Shown: positions 17,726-25,481 of the stretch, one piece after another
Layout of the letters: every line of letters starts with the position of its first letter
How positions within the stretch are numbered: position 1 is the first letter of the stretch
NCBI GenBank assembly: GCA_029932605.1
Contig: JAOZPT010000006.1
Span: 1-38,183, forward strand
Length of the DNA stretch: 38,183 nucleotides
DNA from: Candidatus Zixiibacteriota bacterium
GTDB lineage: Bacteria > Zixibacteria > MSB-5A5 > UBA10806 > 4484-95
Direction: 5' to 3'
Position numbers and translations under genes: made by a program
The notes under the pieces: generated by a model
The model's input: only the letters and a program-made list of their open reading frames with translations
Database searches by the model: none
Told to the model about the DNA's origin: nothing

Positions 17726-18707
17726 TCCGATGAATATAACTGTTGCGGGTAATACATCTTTAGCCTACTACTGCCTGGAGAAATTGTGCCGGGCTGGATA
17801 CCCTGTTAAGACAATTTTATTACCTCGAAAGGGATTTATTGAATCCTCCGATACAGTTGATTCTTCTGGTCTGGCTGGTGAATTCGATTTGAAAAAGATA
17901 CAACTTCCTTCATCAAACAATTTTAAAAATGATACTCAAACTGACTTGCTCGTTAAGCTTGAGTGGCCGGAAAATTTAAGTATTCCCATCAAACCAACTA
18001 TAACTACTATAAGCTGTAATCTATCTGGTCAATACGGAAGGGGTCGACTTTTGGATGTAGCGGCAGATATCTATAAGGGCGAATCTCACACCGAATTACA
18101 GTTATTCTCTGAATCACCACAGAGGAGAAGAGATTATCAGACAAAAGATATTGTCGATATGATTACAAGAGAGGTTCTGTCATATTCACTAATCGAGATA
18201 AATATCTTAGATGATGTTCGTTCTTTAAAAACCAAAGCCTCGGTTGTGTATTTGAGGTCATTGTTCGATTTGCTTGATAGTTTGGGTGAAAATGGGACCA
18301 TGCCGGATCCCTTTAAAAGGGAGTATGTCCTGTCCGTTGCAAATGCGAATAGGGAGATAGACTGGAAGAAAAATGTGATGGAGATTTACAATCTTGTAAG
18401 GTCATATACTCATCCTGGGCCGGGGGCATTTACACGATTCGATGAAAGAAAACTGACGGTCTGGCGCGGGCATTTTTTTGATTTTTCTGACAATGTGTAT
18501 AACGATGTTTCACCGGGAACGGTGCTGGATGTTATAGAGGAGTTGGGTATTGTGATAAAAGCTGGTGTTGGCTCGTTTTTAATTACACGTATCCAACCAG
18601 CAGGAGCGCCAGAACTTCCTGCAAGGGTTTGGGCGGATGAATTTCATATAAAACCGGGCGACAGGCTGAGTACTCATGTTAATGAGCCCGAAGAGGTCAT
18701 TGTTTGA
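17718..18707 (+). CDS. formyltransferase-like protein (Fmt / ArnA N-terminal fold) with degenerate active site
   Basis: C-terminal IDWKK...IYNLVRSYTHPGPGAFT...KLTVW...PGTVL...ITRIQPAG matches the formyltransferase C-domain; the NxHxSLLPxYRG motif is replaced by SCNLSGQYGRG. Confidence 0.7.
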   Translation: MDNPMNITVAGNTSLAYYCLEKLCRAGYPVKTILLPRKGFIESSDTVDSSGLAGEFDLKKIQLPSSNNFKNDTQTDLLVKLEWPENLSIPIKPTITTISCNLSGQYGRGRLLDVAADIYKGESHTELQLFSESPQRRRDYQTKDIVDMITREVLSYSLIEINILDDVRSLKTKASVVYLRSLFDLLDSLGENGTMPDPFKREYVLSVANANREIDWKKNVMEIYNLVRSYTHPGPGAFTRFDERKLTVWRGHFFDFSDNVYNDVSPGTVLDVIEELGIVIKAGVGSFLITRIQPAGAPELPARVWADEFHIKPGDRLSTHVNEPEEVIV

Positions 18708-18718
18708 AAGGATAAATA

Positions 18719-18991
18719 ATGGGAAAGGTGATAATTGAAAAAACCTTTGATGATAGGGATGCAGAGCGTTTAAAAACATCTGAAATGCCATACTTGTATT
18801 CGCAGTGTCAGTTGGAGGTGCCCGGTATAGGCAGAATCAGGACAGGTAAGGTTCATCCTAACTTTCACTTAACAAAAATGAGCAAACCAGAGAAGATAAA
18901 GCGCGCAAAAAAGGTTAATGTTAAAACTTGTTCTCGCGGGTCTGGAGAAAATGCCGATGTCAAAATGGAAATCGCATACAACCGGTCTTGA
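18719..18991 (+). CDS. hypothetical protein (90 aa)
   Basis: ATG preceded by AAGGA; fills the gap between two operon genes; no recognisable motif. Confidence 0.55.
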   Translation: MGKVIIEKTFDDRDAERLKTSEMPYLYSQCQLEVPGIGRIRTGKVHPNFHLTKMSKPEKIKRAKKVNVKTCSRGSGENADVKMEIAYNRS

Positions 18992-19493
18992 TTATAAAAA
19001 TAAACTTGGGCGATTGGGTAAAAATGTAGTTATCGAGGATGGGGTGCGGATATTTTTCCCGGATAATGTTGAGATTGATGAGGATGTTTATATCGGCCAC
19101 GATACTATCCTTAAGGGGTATTTCGACCAAAAATTGGTAATAGGCAGTGGTAGCTGGATTGGGCCCCAGTGTTTTATATACGCCTCGGGTGGTATTATTA
19201 TCGGAAGAAATGTCGGTATCGGGCCGGGGGTTGCTATAATGTCGTCGGCACATAATTTAGAGGTAAGGCTTGGTTCGATACTTCATACCCCCATCGAAAG
19301 GAAAACGGTGTATTTAGGCGATGGTTGTGATATTGGAGCAAAAAGTGTAATCCTCATGGGAGTGCATATCGGCCAGGGAGCACAGATAGGTGCAGGAGCA
19401 GTTGTTACAGAGGATATACCTGATAACGCCATAGCAGTAGGGGTGCCTGCAAAAGTATTGCGGTTAAGAAAGAGGGAAAAATTAAACGTGTGA
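18951..19493 (+). CDS. hexapeptide-repeat (left-handed beta-helix) acyltransferase
   Basis: IGSGSWIGPQC, IGRNVGIGPGV, SSAH, IGQGAQIGAGAVVTEDIP, GVPAKV; SD GGAG favours ATG 18951. Confidence 0.92.
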   Translation: MPMSKWKSHTTGLDYKNKLGRLGKNVVIEDGVRIFFPDNVEIDEDVYIGHDTILKGYFDQKLVIGSGSWIGPQCFIYASGGIIIGRNVGIGPGVAIMSSAHNLEVRLGSILHTPIERKTVYLGDGCDIGAKSVILMGVHIGQGAQIGAGAVVTEDIPDNAIAVGVPAKVLRLRKREKLNV

Positions 19494-19541
19494 TACCAGT
19501 GTGAAAAAACCTTACTAAGAAAAATCACTAATAATAAAAAC

Positions 19542-20012
19542 ATGAAATCACTAAGTAGATTTAGCTTTGAAAAATTTATGAAGCTTGCAAAAAACAGCTT
19601 CAAAGTTGAGAGATATTCCCGTGCAGCCGACAACTGCCGTTTAGCGGTAGAGATTGCTTTAAGGCAGAATAACCGATTACAGGCGGCTGAGGCGTTCGAC
19701 CTTTGGATAAGATCGGTTATTAAAAAGAAAAAATATTCGGAGGTTAAAAAAATCTGTTGTGAGGCCCGGAGCAAACTTGGTAATCATCTTGACCTGCTGT
19801 ATTACGAGGCTAAAGTGGCATTCTCCTCAGGGGATTACAAGGTTTTTACCAGGTTGGCAAAAGAGTATATTGAGCTTCGCAAAAAAACAAAAGTTAAATC
19901 ATCAACGATATTAAACAAATCATATGAAAGAATTGATGAAATTAAAGATTTACTAAATAAAGTAGAAAAGAAAATGGTTGAAAGACAGACCGAGGTAAAA
20001 AAGAAAACTTGA
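19542..20012 (+). CDS. TPR-like helical protein, paralog of the N-terminal domain of the downstream glycosyltransferase
   Basis: shared motifs with the N-terminus of 20009-22831 (SFK, W..S..K, A..KLG..LDL, G.YK, EY..L, L..SY...DE). Confidence 0.7.
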   Translation: MKSLSRFSFEKFMKLAKNSFKVERYSRAADNCRLAVEIALRQNNRLQAAEAFDLWIRSVIKKKKYSEVKKICCEARSKLGNHLDLLYYEAKVAFSSGDYKVFTRLAKEYIELRKKTKVKSSTILNKSYERIDEIKDLLNKVEKKMVERQTEVKKKT

Positions 20013-22831
20013 AAATGGGGAAGAGAAAAAGACAATTCCATAATATCAACATCTCTAAAACCGACAAATTTATCGAGCTTTTAAGGAAAGCTGATAAAAG
20101 TTTTAAACTAGGGGATTTTAGGAGAACAATATCTATATGCAAAAAAGCAGATGATATTTCCAATTTGAATGTCGATGGTGAATATTTTGCCAGAATTTGT
20201 TTCATATGGGTATTATCATTGATGAAACTCGGGGATTATGATTCGATTGATTATGTTATCAACAGGGCCAAGCAAAAACTGGGTACATATCTTGATTTAG
20301 TTTTCATGAAAACCATGACAACTTTTGGAAAAGGTAATTACAAAGAGGTTCTATTTGAAGTTGATGAATATGAAAGATTACATTCCAAAACCAATCCTCA
20401 TTTAGAAAGTTATCTGAAACAGAGTTATGATTCACTGGATGAAGTATTGTGGTTGGGCTCGGAGGCTGCCGGCAAGGTGTTGGATATTAAAAAGATGCTT
20501 GATTACATGGAAAGATCTTTAACGTTAAGACCTGATAATCATCCGCATCGCGTGGAATTTGCCAACTTGCTGGCAAAGCAGAATGAAGATGCAAAGGCAA
20601 TAGCGGTTATAGAAGATGGTATAAAGAGATATCCTGATATAAGGGCTTTAAAAAACGCCAAAGGTTTCATTCTGGGCGAACTCGGACGATACCAGGAGGC
20701 CGAAAAGTATATTAATGATTTGTTGCTGGAAAATCCTAAAGATACTGATTCATTAAACAACCTTGGAGTAATTTATGATAAACAGGGTTTGTATGATAAG
20801 GCAAAGGAACAATTTAAAAAAGTTTTGGAGATTGAACCGGATAATCAAAACGCTAAAAATAACCTTGATTATTTAAATGCTCACATAGATGATAAACCTC
20901 AAACGATATCTCTTTGCATGATAGTAAAAAACGAGGAAAAGTTTTTACCGGGTTGCTTAAAAAGTGTTGTAGGTTTAGTGGATGAGATAATAGTTGTTGA
21001 TACCGGTTCTACTGATCGAACGATGGAGATTGCCAGGGAATACAAAGCTAAAATCTATGAACATCCCTGGCAGAACGATTTTTCTTTACACAGGAATCAA
21101 TCTATAAGCTATGCCACGTGTGATTGGATATTGATCCTTGATGCTGATGAAGAGCTTGATCCCACCGAACACGGCATTATAAAGATGGCTACAAGGCGTA
21201 AGGATATCGATTCGATATCTTTTGTTGTATTTAACAGAATTCAACATGGCCGCATAGGATTTTTAAATTCGCACAGGATGTTTAGAAGAGGGAAGGGGTT
21301 TAAATACCATGGCATAGTCCACAACCAACTTGAGATTAAAGGTAAAACCCTTATAAGCCAATTTAAGGTGATTCACCACGGTTATGGTCTTTCCTCAGAA
21401 CAGATGGAGAAAAAGGGTAGACGCTCGGAGGCGCTTTTATTAAAACAGCTTGAGGAGTCTCCCGAGGCTATATTCCCTCATTTTAATTTGGCTCAATTAT
21501 ACCGGGGCCTTGGTGAGCCGCAGAAAAGCCTTGAACATGCCCGCATTGTCGCTGAAAGAATTGGTCCAGATAACCTTGATCGCCGTCATGTCTTTTTGAT
21601 GGCGTTAGACCAGATAGGCTGTGCTCACATAGGTCTTGAACAACTTGATGAAGCTGAAAAAACTTTTAAGAAAGCTCTTGAATATAAAAATGATTATCTG
21701 GACCCGATGTTCAACTTAGGCTTCATGTATATGAGGCAGAAAAGATATCAAGAAGCAGAAGAGATATTTTTAAGATATCTGGAAACAAGGGAGAATTACT
21801 CACCAAACAAAGAATATATAGGACTTATTTTAAATAACCTTGAAAGCCAGTTTGCCGTTTATTATAGCTTGGGTTTTATCGCTTTTTTAAGAAACGAAAT
21901 TGAACAAGCCCTGGAATATTTACATAAGTCATTGGAACAAACCGACGATTTTGAATATTTACATCATATTTTGTCCCGATGTTATCGTCGGAAGGGAATG
22001 TTTTTTAAGGTTCTTGAGCACTGTGCCAAAGCTGTTGAATTTGGACATGAAGATGCCGAGATCAGGTTAATTGAAGGCGAGGCTTTTCTCAACCTGAATA
22101 ATGCTGAATTCGCCAGGAAAAGTTTTAATAGGGCTCTTGAGCTAAAACCTGATTTTGAAGATGCAAGGTTGGGTTTGCTGGGTGCTGATTCACTGGAAAA
22201 AACACCTGAAGAACTAATTGAGTATGTGAACCGTTTTTTAGAGAAATCACCCTCCTCACCACAGGGGTTGGCGGCTAAAGGTGATGTTTTATTCAAGCTT
22301 GGCGATTACAATAAGGCGTTGAGTAGTTATAGAGAATCGGCCAGTAAGTACCCTGAAGATTACAAAGTGCTTAATAACCTCGGCAATTGTTTTCTCAAGC
22401 AGAAAAATTATGCCTCGGCGGAATTTTATTATCTTTCAGCATTGCAAAGAAACAAGGAATTTCTTCCTGGTTACCGCAATCTTGCAATTACCTTAATTCA
22501 TCAGGGCAGGGTATCCGATGCGGCCGAATATCTGGAATATTATCTGTATAAAAATCCCAATGATGGTGAGGTACATGCTACATTGGGTGACATATATTAC
22601 AATAATAAAAATTATGATAAATCCATATTACATTTCGAGAAGTATCTATTATTTTACCCTAACAGCATTGATGCCTTGATCCGTCTTTCCGATTGTTATT
22701 TCAATTCGGGCAAATTCCAGGCGGCTGCTTTGGGTTATCAAGCTGTGCTATCAAGAGATTCTGCAAACAAAACCGCAAAACAAAAATTGAAAGATTTGAG
22801 AGGGTTTTTAGAACCCGTTGTCTCGCAATAA
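20009..22831 (+). CDS. TPR-GT2-TPR glycosyltransferase, probable flagellin glycosyltransferase
   Basis: ISLCMIVKNEE, VDTGSTDRT, WQNDFS..RN, WILILDADE (DxD), HHGY, flanked by many TPRs; directly upstream of fliC. Confidence 0.9.
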   Translation: MKMGKRKRQFHNINISKTDKFIELLRKADKSFKLGDFRRTISICKKADDISNLNVDGEYFARICFIWVLSLMKLGDYDSIDYVINRAKQKLGTYLDLVFMKTMTTFGKGNYKEVLFEVDEYERLHSKTNPHLESYLKQSYDSLDEVLWLGSEAAGKVLDIKKMLDYMERSLTLRPDNHPHRVEFANLLAKQNEDAKAIAVIEDGIKRYPDIRALKNAKGFILGELGRYQEAEKYINDLLLENPKDTDSLNNLGVIYDKQGLYDKAKEQFKKVLEIEPDNQNAKNNLDYLNAHIDDKPQTISLCMIVKNEEKFLPGCLKSVVGLVDEIIVVDTGSTDRTMEIAREYKAKIYEHPWQNDFSLHRNQSISYATCDWILILDADEELDPTEHGIIKMATRRKDIDSISFVVFNRIQHGRIGFLNSHRMFRRGKGFKYHGIVHNQLEIKGKTLISQFKVIHHGYGLSSEQMEKKGRRSEALLLKQLEESPEAIFPHFNLAQLYRGLGEPQKSLEHARIVAERIGPDNLDRRHVFLMALDQIGCAHIGLEQLDEAEKTFKKALEYKNDYLDPMFNLGFMYMRQKRYQEAEEIFLRYLETRENYSPNKEYIGLILNNLESQFAVYYSLGFIAFLRNEIEQALEYLHKSLEQTDDFEYLHHILSRCYRRKGMFFKVLEHCAKAVEFGHEDAEIRLIEGEAFLNLNNAEFARKSFNRALELKPDFEDARLGLLGADSLEKTPEELIEYVNRFLEKSPSSPQGLAAKGDVLFKLGDYNKALSSYRESASKYPEDYKVLNNLGNCFLKQKNYASAEFYYLSALQRNKEFLPGYRNLAITLIHQGRVSDAAEYLEYYLYKNPNDGEVHATLGDIYYNNKNYDKSILHFEKYLLFYPNSIDALIRLSDCYFNSGKFQAAALGYQAVLSRDSANKTAKQKLKDLRGFLEPVVSQ

Positions 22832-22862
22832 AATAAGCAAGATATTAATAAAATTATATTTC

Positions 22863-22889
22863 TAATATTTTTCTTTCTGCTGTCGAAAT
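22863..22889 (+). promoter_or_regulatory. putative sigma28 promoter of fliC
   Basis: TAAT(22863-66)-N15-GTCGAAAT(22882-89) vs TAAA-N15-GCCGATAA; about 146 bp upstream of the flagellin ATG. Confidence 0.65.
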
Positions 22890-22991
22890 ATATAGTGAGA
22901 ACTTCACATAGGATTTAACGCAGTATAGGAAAAAAGGAGGTGCAAAGGGAATAAATTCTTTGCTGTAGCCAAACAGCCTAATTAATCCGTT

Positions 22992-23008
22992 CAAACAAAG
23001 GATGTTTG
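22992..23008 (+). promoter_or_regulatory. CsrA-binding hairpin in the fliC leader
   Basis: CAAACA-AAGGA-TGTTTG: perfect 6-bp stem with an ANGGA loop, 12 nt before the SD AAGGAGGA. Confidence 0.7.
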
Positions 23009-23035
23009 CTAACGTAATTCAAGGAGGAATTTTTA

Positions 23036-25291
23036 ATGGCATTAAGGATCAACCACAACATTACCGCTCTGGATGCTTGGAGAAACCTGACCGCTACCAC
23101 GCGTAAGATGGCTTCTACAATGGAGAAGCTATCGTCTGGTTTCCGGGTAAATAGAGCTGCGGATGACCCGGCAGGCTTGGTGATTTCCGAACAATTTAGA
23201 GCACAAATAGCAGGTTTGAACCGCGCTATTCAGAACTCAGAAGGGTCGATTAACATGATACAGACCGCTGAGGGAGCTTTAAACGAGATTAACAACCTGC
23301 TGGTTAATATGCGTGAACTAGCAATTCACGCAGCTAATGAAGGTTTCAATGACACCGACCAGTTGGCCGCTGACCAATCAGAAATTACAAATGCCATCAG
23401 GACCATAGACCGTATTGCTACTAACACCCAGTTTGGTACCAAGAAGCTACTTGATGGTTCTACTGCTAATGTAGCGGTCATCACATCCTCCAATACTTCC
23501 AATGTAACTCTATTTGATTCTCAACTTACAGCTGGTACACATACTTTGACCAGCGTAAAACTTACCGAATCGAGCGCTACTATTGATACTACCACTTTTG
23601 GTCTATCTAATCCAACAGGTCCTTATAACCTATCAGATGGTGTCCATAATATCGATGTTGTTCAAGCATCAGCAGGCGCTGTCAAGACAGGTAACCCAAT
23701 CAGTGCACTTGATGCTTGGGGAAATGGAATATCCATTACCGCAACCGGCGCATCGATAAGAGCAGCCATGACTGGTGCTACAACCGGTATGACCACGGTG
23801 GCTAACAATGTTCAACATACTATTAATTTCCAGATCAACTTCCAGGAAATGGGCAATAACCCTGTTGGTATGCAGACCCTAACGGTTCGCACTGATGCAG
23901 TAGCTTCAAGCGCTTTAGTTGCCAACATTGTTTCAAAGTTGAACGATGCCATCAACTCTAACACTTACCTTGCTGGTAAGGTTTATGCCACCGTCACAGA
24001 TAATGTTGGTGCAGCTGATAGCATGACAATTCGCACAACCAACACTGGTACCAAGTATTCAGTTGCAGTTGGCAGTGTAACTGCAACAAACGCCAGTATA
24101 AACTCTGCCTTAAGCGGTTTGTCCAATCAAAACGACCGTGGCCGTTCGGGTAACCAGTTGGCTATAACAGCACAATTTGCTTCCAGTTCAACTCTTACAG
24201 ATGCTTATACGAAGACTGCTACTTTCGCTATCGGTACCGGCACATTTACCACTTTGTCGGCCTTAGCGGCTACTATTAACGGTAAACTGGCTCTGGATTC
24301 AATATTTGGAACCTATAATGACACCACCGCTGGTGAAGCCCAGAAAGTATATGCTACTGTAGTGGCAGCTGGCGGTCAGGAATATCTCAAGTTGTATACT
24401 TCGGATGAAGGTTCCAAGTATTCAATACAATTAAACGAAACCGGAGGTACAGGAACCGCCCTTTATCATGTTCTGGGTATGACTGTTGACACGGTGGCCA
24501 ACACAGGTCTTGATGCGATTGTCCGGTTTGATGGTTATAACAATACTATCAATGACATCCGTTATTTCTATACTGATGCCAGTTATGACCAGAGAGTAAC
24601 TATTTATAATTCAGCCAATACTACTTCCAGAGGTTCGATTACTCTCGATAGGGAAATGGCTAAGACCAACGGTGGCATTCTCGTGGGTAACATGCTCTTA
24701 ACAGTTAAAGCCAGAACCTACTCGGTCCAACTTGATGGTGGCGCTGCTTCTGTGGTTACTGCCGGAAGGCAAATGACATTATTCAACGCTCAGCGTGACC
24801 AGTCAATCAAAGTCAGGTATTCTCTTACATCTGAAGGTGGAACTGAGAATCTGTATGTGACCGACCAGTCTCTGGTATTCCAGATTGGTGCTAATGTTGG
24901 CCAGACTGCCAAGATAGGTATTCCAAATCTTTCATCTGACCAACTTGGACGCAATATCGATAACATAATGTTCAATAACTTAGCTGAAATCGATGTCACC
25001 ACTGCTCAAGGCGCACAGGATGCCCAAACGGTAATTGATGAGGCTATTGCCGAGGTGACCAATATCAGAGGTACACTGGGATCGTTCCAGAAAAATACTC
25101 TGGAATCTAACCTGACTAACCTCCGTATTGCCGCCCAGAATCTGACTGCTGCTGAATCCACTATCCGTGACACAGATATGGCAAAGGAAATGTCCACATT
25201 CGTTAAGTATCAGATCTTGCTACAGGCCGGAACGGCGATGCTGGCTCAAGGTAATCAGGTGCCTCAGGTTGTATTGTCTCTGTTTGCGTAA
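23036..25291 (+). CDS. fliC: flagellin (751 aa, large Thr/Ser-rich variable region)
   Basis: MALRINHN, LSSGFRVNRAADDPAGL, IQTAEGAL, C-terminal FQIGAN, NLTAAESTIRDTDMAKEM, QAGTAMLAQ.NQ.PQ.VLSL. Confidence 0.98.
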   Translation: MALRINHNITALDAWRNLTATTRKMASTMEKLSSGFRVNRAADDPAGLVISEQFRAQIAGLNRAIQNSEGSINMIQTAEGALNEINNLLVNMRELAIHAANEGFNDTDQLAADQSEITNAIRTIDRIATNTQFGTKKLLDGSTANVAVITSSNTSNVTLFDSQLTAGTHTLTSVKLTESSATIDTTTFGLSNPTGPYNLSDGVHNIDVVQASAGAVKTGNPISALDAWGNGISITATGASIRAAMTGATTGMTTVANNVQHTINFQINFQEMGNNPVGMQTLTVRTDAVASSALVANIVSKLNDAINSNTYLAGKVYATVTDNVGAADSMTIRTTNTGTKYSVAVGSVTATNASINSALSGLSNQNDRGRSGNQLAITAQFASSSTLTDAYTKTATFAIGTGTFTTLSALAATINGKLALDSIFGTYNDTTAGEAQKVYATVVAAGGQEYLKLYTSDEGSKYSIQLNETGGTGTALYHVLGMTVDTVANTGLDAIVRFDGYNNTINDIRYFYTDASYDQRVTIYNSANTTSRGSITLDREMAKTNGGILVGNMLLTVKARTYSVQLDGGAASVVTAGRQMTLFNAQRDQSIKVRYSLTSEGGTENLYVTDQSLVFQIGANVGQTAKIGIPNLSSDQLGRNIDNIMFNNLAEIDVTTAQGAQDAQTVIDEAIAEVTNIRGTLGSFQKNTLESNLTNLRIAAQNLTAAESTIRDTDMAKEMSTFVKYQILLQAGTAMLAQGNQVPQVVLSLFA

Positions 25292-25301
25292 AACAAGCGA
25301 A

Positions 25302-25330
25302 AGGGAGGGTGGGCAAACACCCTCCCTCTG
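25302..25330 (+). terminator. strong hairpin after fliC (terminator or mRNA-stabilising stem)
   Basis: AGGGAGGGTG-GGCAAA-CACCCTCCCT, perfect 10-bp stem; weak U-tract. Confidence 0.7.
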
Positions 25331-25481
25331 TAAAAGGAGTAATTAACTGATTTGCGGACTCCAACTGTTAGATTTAGAATAAAGTTAAGGATAAAAGATA
25401 TTATGCGGGTTTTGTGCAGTAAAACATTTAAACACCAATGGGGAGTTGTTGTAAGTTCCTCGGATTTAAAAGGATTTTAAC

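Noticed and set aside
19491..19544. Acyltransferase TGA is in frame with the next ORF through 16 open codons (readthrough or selenocysteine fusion)
   Set aside because: The acyltransferase is complete at the stop, no SECIS-like hairpin follows, and a short open stretch is easily due to chance
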